Shown here: piece by piece, positions 1-10,495 of the stretch
Layout of the letters: the number at the start of each line of letters is the position of its first letter
Numbering within the stretch: the first letter of the stretch is position 1
Source of the DNA: a virus
Strand: one strand, 5' to 3'
Virus genome (UHGV): UHGV-1460059
DNA length: 41,456 bases
Position numbers and translations under genes: made by a program
The notes under the pieces: generated by a model
The model's input: only the letters and a program-made list of their open reading frames with translations
Database searches by the model: none
What the model was told of the DNA's origin: nothing

Positions 1-612
1 CGTGGTGCCTGTAAAACTTTCCAGAGTCTGGTCGTTAGTTCGTGAAGTCCAGATTCCCCAATAGTGGTTATGACTGACAATCGCACCGTCCTGAAGCGTT
101 AATAATCCCCTTCCGTTATCCACTCCACGTCCGTCATCCCAGCCACGAATAAACTCACCGCGTAAATCAGGCAATTTATTTGTCGGGTAAGCCTTTGCCA
201 GTTCCGGGTATTCTTCAGCAGAAAAAGCCGCACCATTGCATTTCAGCCAGCCTGTCGGCGGAGTGGCGGAAGGCCACGGAACAGGCACACCAACAGGTAA
301 TGCAGAGCCTTCTCCCAAACCAAGGTTTTCGAGAGCCGTTTTCACCGTGCCATCCGATTTGATATCGCCAAACGGATTCTTGCGGCTTAACAGCAGCGCA
401 CGAAGCGCGGTAAGCAGCTGGTCGTGCCGCGCCTTCTCCAGACTGGCACCGGATGCCTCAACAACGCTACAAAGTTCTTCCTGCAGCATGTCAAAGTAGT
501 CATCATCCAGATCGGTGGCAGGCGTGCCAGTCTGGGGGTTACCACGGGTAAAACCGTTCTTACCCGCGCCGAACTTATCCTTCTGCGCGGTTTTCGTGTC
601 TATACGATGCAT
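1..612 (-). CDS. Tail fiber protein, N-terminal part (ATG at 612; gene runs off the window start, 3' end not in window)
   Basis: Own translation of the minus strand from ATG 612..610: [50 protein letters not shown]...[19 protein letters not shown], open to position 1. Recalled as a typical lambdoid side tail fiber N-terminus with a tail-collar-like motif. Absent from the ORF track because no stop lies in the window. Confidence 0.6.
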   Translation of the reverse strand, partial: MHRIDTKTAQKDKFGAGKNGFTRGNPQTGTPATDLDDDYFDMLQEELCSVVEASGASLEKARHDQLLTALRALLLSRKNPFGDIKSDGTVKTALENLGLGEGSALPVGVPVPWPSATPPTGWLKCNGAAFSAEEYPELAKAYPTNKLPDLRGEFIRGWDDGRGVDNGRGLLTLQDGAIVSHNHYWGIWTSRTNDQTLESFTGTT

Positions 613-615
613 GGA

Positions 616-1200
616 TTACTCCGGATATTTAAAAATTACGTAGGTATGCGACGGGCAGAGTTTGTTAAGCACACACTCGACAACGGTGTCACCCCAGATA
701 CGCAGTGCGGAATCACAGGGATCGCCACATGTCATCCAGGTGGTGTTGGTGGTGGCTGGCATGTTGACCTGCCAGTAATACCGCCATTCCGGCGCATTCA
801 CCGCGTCAGTACAGGCCGATGAGCAGGTGAACGTGCTTTTGTCGTATCGCGTGATGGTGGCATCTGGTCTGCCCAGGGCAGCAAGCTGTGCAAGATAAAA
901 ATCCTCGTTGATGCCGCCCGCCAGGTTAACCTTCGCATCCAGTCGTTGCTGACGCTGGCGAAGGGTCTGTGTCCCTGCGGGAATACATTCATCCGGCAGG
1001 CCGCACAGACGCTCCCAGCGATTTATCAGTTCGGTGGTGGTGCGCGGATCCAGCTCCCGCATCAGGGCATCCGCACGCTGATGAATGCGGGTTAATGACG
1101 GTGCCGCACCGGCAATCGCCGGATCGCTGGCTGACCACGCCGGACCGGGGGGCAACAGTGCCGACAACAGACGGATGTAATCATCGTTTGTCACGTCCAT
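616..1200 (-). CDS. Tail/baseplate protein, Mu gp48-like (DUF2313-type)
   Basis: 194-aa ORF between the baseplate J-like gene and the tail fiber, the gp48 position in a Mu-like tail module. Stop is 3 nt from the fiber ATG. Confidence 0.5.
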   Translation of the reverse strand: MDVTNDDYIRLLSALLPPGPAWSASDPAIAGAAPSLTRIHQRADALMRELDPRTTTELINRWERLCGLPDECIPAGTQTLRQRQQRLDAKVNLAGGINEDFYLAQLAALGRPDATITRYDKSTFTCSSACTDAVNAPEWRYYWQVNMPATTNTTWMTCGDPCDSALRIWGDTVVECVLNKLCPSHTYVIFKYPE

Positions 1201-2249
1201 GAAATCGTCCCCAGTACCGCCAGTTCATTTTTTGCAATGGAGATATTGTCTGCCGGTGCAAGCAACTGATGGCTGTATTCCCCGTTCGCACCGGAAATCG
1301 CCTCACTGATACGCGACACCTTCAGTTCTCCCTGCGGATAACCATCACGCAGCAGGAACGAACGCAACTCGGCGGTGATGGCAGCCCGTATTTCCGGTGT
1401 GTCCGGCGTCACGCGGATATGAAAATCCACTTTATGCGCCACCGGCCTGAATACATACAAATCAGAGCCTGCCACCGGGGCCAGTGGCTCAATGTGTTGT
1501 CTTGCCGCCGTTTCCGTTGATTCTTCCGGAATGGGATTAATCAGGTCACTGCTGGCAATCATCACACCGACAGTTCCCGTTCCCATCCAGTGACGGTATG
1601 TCCATGCGCGGGTAATGCCGGGCACTTCTTTAGCCCAGACAACATAGTCCCCGTCAGCCCCGCCCTGAGGCGTCCAGTAATACCGCTCAATGACGCGGGC
1701 GCGCCACGTTTCCAGATCTTCAGTATCGAATCCGCCAGTCAGGGTATCTGCAACACCGGAAGACGGCAGACCATTCACCGGCGTGACCAGGATTAATGCC
1801 GTACCGTCGTCAGCGTTACCGACCGCGCCTGCACTTGAGCAGGCGATCGGCACGCGCAGGACACCACCGGAGCTGGTTGCATCAGCAGTTGCCGTGTACT
1901 GAACCAGGTCATCGCGCTGAATCACGCTCCCGGCGGTCACCTTCAGGCCATCGCTGACACCTTCCCAGCGCATATACCCGCTGGCAGCCGTGGCCCCCTT
2001 GCGCGGACACCGTTTCATCGCAGCATGTCGCGCCAGCCAGGACTCATCGCACAGGTCAGGCAGCATGTTCATTGCCAGATAATCGATGTAACCGTAAACC
2101 GTATGCAGCGCCGCCGCATACACCTTTGCCCGCACGTCTTCATCCATGCGCCGGAGCGTGTCGCTGACGTCCAGCCTGGCGAATAAATCGTTACGGAGCA
2201 TACTGATATTTTCTGCCAGCGTCGGGCGCTGAAATTCACTGTCCGCCAT
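1191..2249 (-). CDS. Baseplate J-like protein (Mu gp47-like)
   Basis: 352-aa ORF in conserved order after the gp46-like gene, overlapping its neighbours by a few nt. Size and position fit a baseplate wedge protein. Confidence 0.6.
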   Translation of the reverse strand: MADSEFQRPTLAENISMLRNDLFARLDVSDTLRRMDEDVRAKVYAAALHTVYGYIDYLAMNMLPDLCDESWLARHAAMKRCPRKGATAASGYMRWEGVSDGLKVTAGSVIQRDDLVQYTATADATSSGGVLRVPIACSSAGAVGNADDGTALILVTPVNGLPSSGVADTLTGGFDTEDLETWRARVIERYYWTPQGGADGDYVVWAKEVPGITRAWTYRHWMGTGTVGVMIASSDLINPIPEESTETAARQHIEPLAPVAGSDLYVFRPVAHKVDFHIRVTPDTPEIRAAITAELRSFLLRDGYPQGELKVSRISEAISGANGEYSHQLLAPADNISIAKNELAVLGTISWT

Positions 2250-2664
2250 GCGTTATCGCACTCCACAGATCATCAAAAGAAATCATTACCGGTCCGTCAC
2301 GACGCCAGAGGGTGATACTGTTACCCAGCTCATTAATCCCGGTGCGGCGGATATCCAGATCAATACGGGACACCACGCCGTCATCAATCATCCATTGCAG
2401 GCATTCGCGGATATACCCCCTTACTGTCTGCACCAGCTGATTGGTCAGTTTGCTGCGCTGAAGCAGCCACAGTCGTGAGCCGTAACGGTCATTCTGTACC
2501 GCAGGCCAGGTATCCCCCCACCATCCCATCGGGACGTCGGCGTTGTCATCAGGCTCCGCCCGCCGCCAGGTAAACAGGGAAATCACCACGGCGCGGGTCA
2601 GCGGATCCAGCGGTGCGCTGGCGCAGGTGCGTTTACCGTTCACCGTCAGCCACAGTTCCATCAT
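2236..2664 (-). CDS. Baseplate protein, Mu gp46-like
   Basis: 142-aa ORF between the spike and J-like genes with overlapping stop/start junctions. Confidence 0.5.
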   Translation of the reverse strand: MMELWLTVNGKRTCASAPLDPLTRAVVISLFTWRRAEPDDNADVPMGWWGDTWPAVQNDRYGSRLWLLQRSKLTNQLVQTVRGYIRECLQWMIDDGVVSRIDLDIRRTGINELGNSITLWRRDGPVMISFDDLWSAITHGGQ

Positions 2665-3209
2665 GCCTCCATCGCTTTATCCGGTTTGTCGGTGTTACTG
2701 CCCTGACCGTTCTCTCTGTGACGATGCCCGTTATAGGCAAGCCGCATCGCTGACATGGTAGTGCCGCTGGAGTCGCACAGGTCTTTCACCTGTCCTGTCA
2801 CTTCCAGGTCCATTTCAAAACGTGCTTTAGGTGAATTGCGAAACGTGATCGTTTTACCTGCACCGTCCACCACGATCCCCTCCCGGGTCAGCGTCACAGA
2901 CTGCCCCTGATCGTCATAGACAGCCACCTCACCCGTCTGCAACCCTTTCAGGCGGTAGCGCCGGTCCGACACCGTAACAACCACCGCATGAGAACGGTCG
3001 CCATCCGGAAACAACACCACCGCTTCCGCGCCGCTGTTTGCCCTTGCGGTAAAACCGTAGGGTTCAAGATGTTCAACCCCGGCTTTGGGTTCACCGGCAA
3101 TCAGGGACACATCCACGGTCTGACATTTCGTGGCGGCACTGATGCTTTTCACCACTGCCCGCGCAATCAGGCCGAGAAGTTGTCGCTGCATGGCTTCAAT
3201 CGTCCTCAT
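2661..3209 (-). CDS. Baseplate assembly protein V-like / central spike (Mu gp45-like)
   Basis: 182-aa ORF in the gp45 position; length and position fit a gpV-type spike. Confidence 0.55.
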   Translation of the reverse strand: MRTIEAMQRQLLGLIARAVVKSISAATKCQTVDVSLIAGEPKAGVEHLEPYGFTARANSGAEAVVLFPDGDRSHAVVVTVSDRRYRLKGLQTGEVAVYDDQGQSVTLTREGIVVDGAGKTITFRNSPKARFEMDLEVTGQVKDLCDSSGTTMSAMRLAYNGHRHRENGQGSNTDKPDKAMEA

Positions 3210-4288
3210 CAGAACGGGTCCTCCTGTACTCTGGCTTTTTTCTTTTTCCGCGCGCCGGGGGCTTCGGGTTCAGGCAGATAAGCATCAGGCGGGCCGACAC
3301 GGATTTCCGTCAGGGTGCCGTTCTGGTCCTGAGTAAACGTGACTTCCGAGACAAGCAGTTCGGTATTGTCGAAACCACAGACTGGATCGAAGACAATCAC
3401 CCGCTGGTTGGGCTGCCACAGCGTACCGTTACCCTGTCGCCAGCCCTGCACCACATAGGTGGTTTCATCCGTCCGCGCCGCCCGTTGTCGGGCTTCAAAG
3501 TCAGCACGCGCAATACAGCCTGCCCCCGTGGCCTGCCCTGTCTGCCTGATATACATCGGACGGTAACGGGCAATAAATGCGTCCTCTGTGCGGGCCCGCA
3601 GCGCGGTGGTGGTGACCTCACCGAAATCATCGTCGTTTCCGGCACGCTGCCCCGCCACCTGGTAAACAGAAAACCGCTCCCGGATACTCTTCTCCGTATC
3701 ACAGGAAAGGATGTTTTCCCCAAGTACCAGCGCGGTATGTGCCCGCGTTGAGCCAATACCGCCAATCACCAGCCTGCCGTGCGGATCGTCGTAAGCCAGC
3801 GCCTGCTGCTGACCGAGTATTTTGTTGATAACCTCAATCACCGTTTCACCGTGATCAGGCTGAACATCAGGAATAACACCCGACGGCGCACCGCTGTTCA
3901 CCACCTCAATGCCGAAAGGCGCAGCAAGCGCCTGCGCAATCTGCACCAGCGAGCGTCCGTTAAACTGTGTCGGTTCGGCTGCACAGTCAATCAGGTCAGC
4001 CGTCAGACTACGTCCGGCAATACCGGTGCTGACCGAACGGGCATCGTAACGAACGGGAGTCGCCTCCACCCAGCCGGTGATCACCAGCTCATCACCAATC
4101 AGCACTTCCACTTTTGAACCGTTTTTAATGCGCGGCTGAAGCGTGGTGATACCCTCATCTCCCGGCCACTGGCGAGTGATCTCCACACTGAAATCCCGCG
4201 CCAGCCGTTCAATACCGGCACCGATGCGCACCGATGTCCAGCCATTCCACTCCCGGCCATTTACCCGTAGCGTGACATTGTCGTTCAT
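3209..4288 (-). CDS. Baseplate hub protein (Mu gp44/P-like)
   Basis: 359-aa ORF between the DNA-circulation-like gene and the spike gene. Confidence 0.5.
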   Translation of the reverse strand: MNDNVTLRVNGREWNGWTSVRIGAGIERLARDFSVEITRQWPGDEGITTLQPRIKNGSKVEVLIGDELVITGWVEATPVRYDARSVSTGIAGRSLTADLIDCAAEPTQFNGRSLVQIAQALAAPFGIEVVNSGAPSGVIPDVQPDHGETVIEVINKILGQQQALAYDDPHGRLVIGGIGSTRAHTALVLGENILSCDTEKSIRERFSVYQVAGQRAGNDDDFGEVTTTALRARTEDAFIARYRPMYIRQTGQATGAGCIARADFEARQRAARTDETTYVVQGWRQGNGTLWQPNQRVIVFDPVCGFDNTELLVSEVTFTQDQNGTLTEIRVGPPDAYLPEPEAPGARKKKKARVQEDPF

Positions 4289-5655
4289 TGCACTGGCACC
4301 TTCAGAGGGATCACCGGCACAAAGCCGGGATGCGTAATGGCATTACGCCGGATAATGTCCGCGTCACGCGCCGCGTTATCAAACCAGGTCGCCGCCAGCA
4401 CCAGCGCGGGTAAAACCTCATCCGGCGTGCGCTGAATGATCCGTGCAGACTGTTCAAGGCGCGTGTTGATATCCGCATTCAGATCTGCTTTCACCCGGCG
4501 CAGCGCCAGAAACAGCGCATCACTGGTTGTACGGGACAACTCCTTATCAATTGCCGTATTCAGTGTGTCGCGAATGTCGGTCAGTTCTTCCCACGTTGGC
4601 AGGTCAACCGTGTTTTTCACCGCCGGTGCATTGTTCAGTGCCGGATGCGTGACAGAAGGCCAGCCGGTGCTCTGCGCGGGTGTTGTTGACTGCCCTACTG
4701 TGGCATTCTGCATCACCGCGGAAGTTGTGGGCGCAGGCAATCGTGTGACGGCATACGCCGCTTCGCTGATTGCGGTCGTACGAAGGGTGCTGGCAACCAC
4801 GTTACGCTGCTGCGTCGCCGTGGCGGTAGTTTTACTGTCCGTTTTCCAGACGCCGCGCGGTTGCAGATCGCTGCCGAGGCTGACACCGGAAAGCGTTTTG
4901 ATCATGGTGACCAGGTCGCTGGCGTTACCATAAAGGCGTTTCCCGGTACGCCACATTTTCTGCACCTGCTCAACGAAATTTTTGCCTGACGATGGTGGCG
5001 GCAGAAGTACCGAGATATCCCCCTGCAACAGCCTGGCGGCATCCGATACGGCAGAATCCACCACTTTCATCGCATCAGAAACATACCCAAGCATTGTGCT
5101 GGCATTACCGACGACGTCGTTCTGCACAAAATCTGCCACGCCATCGATACTGAAACCACTGAAGCTGTCACTGATGCAGTCATCCAGTGCAGAACAGGAT
5201 GACATCAGCGTCTGCGCCGTCGCCGCACCTGAAGTGGGGTAAGAGAGTTCTCCCGCTTCGACAAACTTCAGGTCAAAGCGGACAATACGCCCTTCACTCT
5301 TCGATGTGCTGACCCGAACTTCCCCGTCAACACAGACTTTCAGCTCACCGTAAGTCGGATGGACAAGCGTGCCGGGACCGGGTTTATTCAGCGCGTCAAT
5401 CAGGCGATCGCGCTGGTCAAAGCAGTCATCTCCCACCACATAAGCTGTGATGGACGGGCGGAAAGTGATTTTCCCCAGGTCTTCGGTATAGGGTTTGTCG
5501 CGGTTCGGGTATTCGTGCGTTTCCACACGACGACCGGTTCCCGCACTTTCTTCTTCAACCTTAAACGGCACACCGCGAAATGACGCGTCCTGAAGTCTGT
5601 CTTTCCACGTCATATAAACTCCGTACATAAAAAATCCCACCGGAGTGGGACTCAT
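4285..5655 (-). CDS. Tail protein, Mu gp43 (DNA circulation protein N)-like
   Basis: 456-aa ORF immediately downstream of the tape measure gene, as in Mu-like myovirus tails. Confidence 0.5.
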   Translation of the reverse strand: MSPTPVGFFMYGVYMTWKDRLQDASFRGVPFKVEEESAGTGRRVETHEYPNRDKPYTEDLGKITFRPSITAYVVGDDCFDQRDRLIDALNKPGPGTLVHPTYGELKVCVDGEVRVSTSKSEGRIVRFDLKFVEAGELSYPTSGAATAQTLMSSCSALDDCISDSFSGFSIDGVADFVQNDVVGNASTMLGYVSDAMKVVDSAVSDAARLLQGDISVLLPPPSSGKNFVEQVQKMWRTGKRLYGNASDLVTMIKTLSGVSLGSDLQPRGVWKTDSKTTATATQQRNVVASTLRTTAISEAAYAVTRLPAPTTSAVMQNATVGQSTTPAQSTGWPSVTHPALNNAPAVKNTVDLPTWEELTDIRDTLNTAIDKELSRTTSDALFLALRRVKADLNADINTRLEQSARIIQRTPDEVLPALVLAATWFDNAARDADIIRRNAITHPGFVPVIPLKVPVQ

Positions 5656-5673
5656 TAACAGATTAATTTTTCA

Positions 5674-7509
5674 TTACCTGCCAAAGCGCGTATAGCCAAC
5701 ATCATGGCTGACATCAAAACCGCTGGATCGCGTTTCCATAACCCGCATACCCGGAGGCGAATTCACAAAAGAGACCTTGATCTCACCATCAACTTTTGGC
5801 GCAGAAGCTTTGTTAATCATGAAGGGATTCGGGCCTGTGGCACCGGAGGCGTTGTTTGACTGAGCCGGATCTACCGCCTGATAAGGTGTGTATCCCCGTG
5901 CCGGTATTCCCGTCCCATAAGCATCATAAGCACCCGCGCCCCACTGCGCAGAGTTAATGGCATCGACCGTGTCACCGGAACTGTCGGTAAACCACTCAAT
6001 AATTGGCTTCAGTTTGTCCCACATATCCTGAAACCACTTAACAACCGGTCCCCAGTTATTGATTACCATCCCCAGCGGCGACCAGGCAAAAACCTTCTTC
6101 AGAAGTTCCCAGCCAGCCTCAAAATAAGGACCAATGGTTTCCCAGAGCTTCTTGAAATAAGGTCCGACAACATCCCAGTTAGTGATAATTAATCCCGCAG
6201 CCAGGGCTATCGCCGTCGCAATCATTCCAATCGGCGTCATCGACATGATCCTGCTGACAATACTGATGGCACCGCCAACGCCCATCAATCCCAGTTTCAG
6301 AATCGCAAGACCGGCAGCAAGCCCGACGACGCCGCGAATAACCCGGGGATTTTCATCCGCAAACTTCGTGAATTTTTCCCCTAACTCCCCCAGCCATTGC
6401 GTGATATTTTTGGCGTCACCAGAAAATGCGCCGCCAATAGCCGCAAGGCCGTTAGTTGCGGTCCCCGTCATTGCCTCCCACAGGTTGGACAGCGTACCAA
6501 GCTGGGCCTGAACACGTTTATTCAGGCTGGCCTGTTTATTCATCTTCTGCTGGATCTGATCGTAGCCATCCTTTCCTTTATCGATTAGTGCATTGACCAC
6601 CTGAAGGGTTTCGGCATCATCACCAAATATTGCCTTAAGTACACCTGTTCGCTTAACGTCGGTCAGTTTTCGCAGCTTTGCCAGTTGCCTGAACATGTTA
6701 TCAAGACCGCCAAAACTTCCTTTGCCGTCAGTAAAATCGAGCTGTACCCCGAGTTTCTGGCGGGCCATGATTTTATTGACGTCCCTGATTTTCTTAACGC
6801 TTAATCCGGACTGGATAACTTTTCGCAGGGCGTTACCTGCCGACTCCCCGTTCATCCCCATCTGATCCATCATGACGCTGATGGGGGCAAGGCTCTGTGC
6901 AGCCTGAAGACCGTCCTTGTTCACCATCTTCAGAACAGAGCTGGTTTTAGTGAAGAAGGACAACATGTTGGTATCGTCAACACCCAGATAAAACGCCTTC
7001 TGGATAGTGTCGAACAGCCCCATCATGTCTTCTGACGCCGTTCCGGTAGCATCCTGCATCTTTGCAGCAAACTCAGCAGCCGCTTCCGGTGTTTTTTTCA
7101 GTTGTACCGCAAGATAAGCTGTCGCTTTACCCACACCGCCAAGAATGTTTTCTGCCGGGATCCCCTGACGCACCAGCATCTGCATCATGTTCTGGAAATC
7201 AGCCGTTGTACCGGGTAGCTGGTTACCCAGGCCAATAGCCAGTTTATTGATGTCCTGAAAGCTCTTTCCAACCTCGCCGTTCGCATCCATCATGGCGACT
7301 TTCAGCCCGGTGGCGGCGTTTTCCTGATCGGCATAAGATTTCAGGGAAAGCGTCAGACCCGCTGCCAGTCCGCCACCAAGCGCCAGCCCACCCTGTGACG
7401 CTTCTTCCGCCTGGCGTTTAAATCCCCGGATTTTCTTTTGCATTTTCGACAGCGCGGGAGAAAGCCTGTCGACACCGGTGATCAACGCCTTAAGCTCAAA
7501 TTCCGCCAT
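5674..7509 (-). CDS. Tail tape measure protein
   Basis: 611-aa ORF, Ala/Gly-rich with a hydrophobic Gly-rich central segment, downstream of the tail chaperone pair. Confidence 0.75.
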   Translation of the reverse strand: MAEFELKALITGVDRLSPALSKMQKKIRGFKRQAEEASQGGLALGGGLAAGLTLSLKSYADQENAATGLKVAMMDANGEVGKSFQDINKLAIGLGNQLPGTTADFQNMMQMLVRQGIPAENILGGVGKATAYLAVQLKKTPEAAAEFAAKMQDATGTASEDMMGLFDTIQKAFYLGVDDTNMLSFFTKTSSVLKMVNKDGLQAAQSLAPISVMMDQMGMNGESAGNALRKVIQSGLSVKKIRDVNKIMARQKLGVQLDFTDGKGSFGGLDNMFRQLAKLRKLTDVKRTGVLKAIFGDDAETLQVVNALIDKGKDGYDQIQQKMNKQASLNKRVQAQLGTLSNLWEAMTGTATNGLAAIGGAFSGDAKNITQWLGELGEKFTKFADENPRVIRGVVGLAAGLAILKLGLMGVGGAISIVSRIMSMTPIGMIATAIALAAGLIITNWDVVGPYFKKLWETIGPYFEAGWELLKKVFAWSPLGMVINNWGPVVKWFQDMWDKLKPIIEWFTDSSGDTVDAINSAQWGAGAYDAYGTGIPARGYTPYQAVDPAQSNNASGATGPNPFMINKASAPKVDGEIKVSFVNSPPGMRVMETRSSGFDVSHDVGYTRFGR

Positions 7510-7669
7510 GTGTGCGTTTCTCCTGCTCTATCCTGTTTGCCTGACTGACCAGCAAGGGAATTTCACTGATCGGCATATTCAGCAATTCGAAAGGATTAAT
7601 GCGCCAGTAGCTGGCGCAGTCAAAGAAGCGATCAGTGAGGTATTCAGCCGTCAGGCCTGGAGGAAAAAA
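7496..7669 (-). CDS. -1 frameshift extension of the tail assembly chaperone
   Basis: The -1 frame is open from the slippery heptamer at 7663-7669 down to 7496, ending across the tape-measure start. Same arrangement as the lambda G/GT and P2 E/E' chaperones. Confidence 0.45.
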   Translation of the reverse strand, partial: FFPPGLTAEYLTDRFFDCASYWRINPFELLNMPISEIPLLVSQANRIEQEKRTHGGI

Positions 7670-7920
7670 CCAGCCACAAGCCACGCCGCTGCATTCAGGT
7701 CTGCCGGAGACATCTGGTCGACAGAGCTTTGCGGCACTTTCGCCAGCCGCACAATGTATTTCGACACCACATGCGCCAGAAGTCTGACTGACTCATCCTG
7801 ATTCATCTGGTAGGGATACCCCAGCTCGCGGACATCCTTCCCGGTGGGTTCATCAAACTCCAGTACGGAGAGTGTCTCGCCATGAGCAGTAATCGGTTTC
7901 TTTAACTCAAGCTCTTTCAT
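7651..7920 (-). CDS. Tail assembly chaperone (0-frame product)
   Basis: 89-aa ORF between the tube and tape measure genes. Its 3' end carries a U UUU UUC heptamer (minus-strand complement of 7663-7669) and is overlapped by a -1 frame ORF. Confidence 0.5.
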   Translation of the reverse strand: MKELELKKPITAHGETLSVLEFDEPTGKDVRELGYPYQMNQDESVRLLAHVVSKYIVRLAKVPQSSVDQMSPADLNAAAWLVAGFFLQA

Positions 7921-8276
7921 TACTGGTAATCCCCTTCTTCACCGTGGAACTCAAGATCAACCGTGCCTTCTTCGGCATTATGGTTCGCTTCGCCGTGCAG
8001 CCAGGCAGACGACAGTACATAGACCTGACCGTTCGCCAGCTCGGCAGTGATGGTCATCTCATCAGACGAGGTGATTTTGCTTACCGGAAAATTCTTCGGC
8101 ACCTTGAAGGTCCCTTTGACATAAGGCGCACGGTGAGTTTCCTTGCGGTCCACTGAACCGTCCAGGCCGATGATGTCATCGTTAACCGTTTTGTTCATGG
8201 GCACCTCAATGCCGCCGGTCAGCGATAGCTGCTGACCGTCAATTTTGAAATAACAGGTTCCCCCGATACGGGCCAT
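7920..8276 (-). CDS. Tail tube protein
   Basis: 118-aa ORF directly downstream of the sheath gene with an overlapping stop/start. Confidence 0.6.
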   Translation of the reverse strand: MARIGGTCYFKIDGQQLSLTGGIEVPMNKTVNDDIIGLDGSVDRKETHRAPYVKGTFKVPKNFPVSKITSSDEMTITAELANGQVYVLSSAWLHGEANHNAEEGTVDLEFHGEEGDYQ

Positions 8277-9772
8277 TATGCAGACTCCTCTGAATACTGA
8301 AGACGGAATTGATTAACCACGGCAAAGACACGCAGCTGGTTAACATAGTCAGGCGGGAACAGCGTGTTCAGGCGGTTCGGATCGCTGGCATCACGCTCCA
8401 CAACCAGGTACTGCTTAAACAGTTCGTAGTTTTCCACGATCCCCGCACGCTCAAGCTGACGGTAGGTTGCCAGCAGTTCCCCTTTGATCACCGCCGGGGT
8501 GACAATCGCCTGACCGGGACCAAAGCGGGTACCGTCACTGGCAAGCTTGTGACGCCCGTACTTACTGGTAATGACGGATTTCAGTTTGCGCAGTACATAC
8601 GCGCTGGTATGCAGCGTCTCACTGTCGAGGTAACTGTTATCCGCAACCCCGTAAGCGTTTTTCCTGTACGTGGTGACATCACGCTGAATGCGTAGTACCC
8701 CGCTTTCGACATACGCCGTTGCCACGCCATGAGACAGCAGGGTCTGTTGTTCGGTCATCGTGAACCGTTTCCCCTTCGGCGCAGGCAGCATACCCACCAG
8801 CTCACCGGTCTGCGTGGGACGTGCCGGATCGTTGCGGATAAACACCGCTGCGCGGGCGGTACGGCTTGCCGCCAGCTCGTCGGCAGGCGTCTGGGTCTCT
8901 TTTTCGTACCCCGCCAGGGTAATGTGCTGCTGGTTAAACTGGTCACCTGCGGTCACCAGTTCTGACAGCGTGCCGATCTTTGCCGTATACACATGACCAT
9001 ACAGCTGACGCGCATAGCTCCAGCGACCGCTGGTATCGTTCATCTCGGTCACCAGCGTGTTAACGGAGGCCGTGTCGTTGAACGGCAGGCCGATATAATC
9101 AAACGGCTCATCCGCCATTGCAGCCACCGCGCCGGTGAGAACCGGAGCACCCGTTCCGGCGGTACCCGTCGCCACGGCAATCTGTACGCCCGCTGGCAGC
9201 ACTTCGCCCCCACCAAAGCCGTAGTAATTGAGGCTGACAGGAATTTCATTCCCACAAAGCCCCTTATGACGCGCGGTCAGTGTGACCACGCCTGCCAAAG
9301 ATGAAGCCGTAAACGGCAGGGTCGGAACGGCATTGATGGCATCCTGGATACTGCTGGCAATCATCGTGACGTTATCGCCGTTAGTCACCGGTGCCTGCAC
9401 GCGGGTACGTCCTACATACACATTCACCGTGCCGGTTTCGGTTGCCGCCCCGGTCACCGTCAGCGTAACTGTTGCCGCCGCACCTGTGGATTCAGGAACG
9501 GCAATCACATACAGCTCGCCAAACGGGTCAGTCTGGCGATAAGCCTCGACCATACGCGCCAGCTGACTTCCCGCACCACAAATCTGGCGTGCATAGTCTG
9601 CCGACGACATCAGTACCAGACTGTTGGCAACAATCTCTGCACCGTTATTGGCATGACCAATCAGCAGCGATGCTCCGCTGTCCTGTGCAGTATTCGCCGC
9701 CTGGTTATCCATTTCCGCATAAAACAACGGAACCAGCGTATTCGACGGAATGGTGTTAAAGCTTATCGTCAT
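8276..9772 (-). CDS. Contractile tail sheath protein
   Basis: 498-aa ORF with sheath-like composition in the expected position before the tube gene. Confidence 0.8.
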   Translation of the reverse strand: MTISFNTIPSNTLVPLFYAEMDNQAANTAQDSGASLLIGHANNGAEIVANSLVLMSSADYARQICGAGSQLARMVEAYRQTDPFGELYVIAVPESTGAAATVTLTVTGAATETGTVNVYVGRTRVQAPVTNGDNVTMIASSIQDAINAVPTLPFTASSLAGVVTLTARHKGLCGNEIPVSLNYYGFGGGEVLPAGVQIAVATGTAGTGAPVLTGAVAAMADEPFDYIGLPFNDTASVNTLVTEMNDTSGRWSYARQLYGHVYTAKIGTLSELVTAGDQFNQQHITLAGYEKETQTPADELAASRTARAAVFIRNDPARPTQTGELVGMLPAPKGKRFTMTEQQTLLSHGVATAYVESGVLRIQRDVTTYRKNAYGVADNSYLDSETLHTSAYVLRKLKSVITSKYGRHKLASDGTRFGPGQAIVTPAVIKGELLATYRQLERAGIVENYELFKQYLVVERDASDPNRLNTLFPPDYVNQLRVFAVVNQFRLQYSEESA

Positions 9773-9926
9773 CGGTGTTCACCTTTTTATTCACGCGCCG
9801 GATATCACCCGCTGCTTCACGGCGCAGCCAGTAGTTGTTCTCGTCAACATTTCGCCCTTCGGCGGGCAAAAGGTCGCCGCGGGCAGGGTCAGGCACTGAC
9901 CGCCCTTTAACAGGTTTGACAAACAT
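9756..9926 (-). CDS. Small protein (56 aa) upstream of the sheath gene (Mu gp38 position)
   Basis: Own translation from ATG 9926..9924: MFVKPVKGRSVPDPARGDLLPAEGRNVDENNYWLRREAAGDIRRVNKKVNTDDDKL. GAGGA lies 5 nt upstream and the stop overlaps the sheath start. Below the 60-aa cut-off of the ORF track. Confidence 0.35.
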   Translation of the reverse strand: MFVKPVKGRSVPDPARGDLLPAEGRNVDENNYWLRREAAGDIRRVNKKVNTDDDKL

Positions 9927-9934
9927 GAGGATCC

Positions 9935-10495
9935 TCAGGAAGGAAGGGTTATTTCGGTGTGATGTTCGATATCGCCGTCAGGCCCGTTACCGGGCTCGAG
10001 ATAATCAACATCAATCGCCAGCGTTTGCAGTTCATCCAGACTGTTCAGATCATCCTGCTGGCGGGTATCGTCTTCAGTCAGCTCGCTGATGACCGAAAAA
10101 TCGAACTGATAAATCAGCTCATGACGATTCAGATCCAGCAGCGTGCCGCCGTCATAGGTAATCGGGTTACCGCACGCTTCCGGGTTCCAGCCCAGCAAGG
10201 CCTTAAAGAGCATCTGCCGGACATCGTCCACCACATCATACGAAGCAAACTGACCGAGCTCATCACGCCCGTTACTCAGTATGACAACCACGGAGAAGCC
10301 CTCTTTCAGCTCCTGCCAGTAGTCGGTCTGGCTTTTGTTTTCTCCCGGAGAGTCATCACCCGGTACCACATACGCCGCCGGGAGTCTCAGCTTTCCGACC
10401 TCCGGCAGATTTTTGAACTGTGCCGCGCCTGCCACCCGGTTTTCAAAATACGGGCAGCGGGCACGCAGTGCAGCAATAACAGGCGTCAGTTTCAT
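9935..10495 (-). CDS. Virion protein, Mu gp37-like (tail completion/terminator candidate)
   Basis: 186-aa ORF between the head-tail joining genes and the sheath gene. Confidence 0.4.
   Translation of the reverse strand: MKLTPVIAALRARCPYFENRVAGAAQFKNLPEVGKLRLPAAYVVPGDDSPGENKSQTDYWQELKEGFSVVVILSNGRDELGQFASYDVVDDVRQMLFKALLGWNPEACGNPITYDGGTLLDLNRHELIYQFDFSVISELTEDDTRQQDDLNSLDELQTLAIDVDYLEPGNGPDGDIEHHTEITLPS

Noticed and set aside
180-822. Plus-strand ORFs 180-362, 236-499 and 424-822 overlapping the tail fiber region
   Set aside because: They are antisense to a long, well-supported minus-strand tail fiber reading frame and their products are compositionally unlike proteins.
6182-6511. Plus-strand ORF inside the tape measure gene, and the similar antisense ORFs throughout 1-17000
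   Set aside because: Ala/Pro/Arg-rich frames are expected opposite GC-rich coding sequence; none has a start context or gene-order logic. The same applies to the other antisense ORFs in the structural operon.
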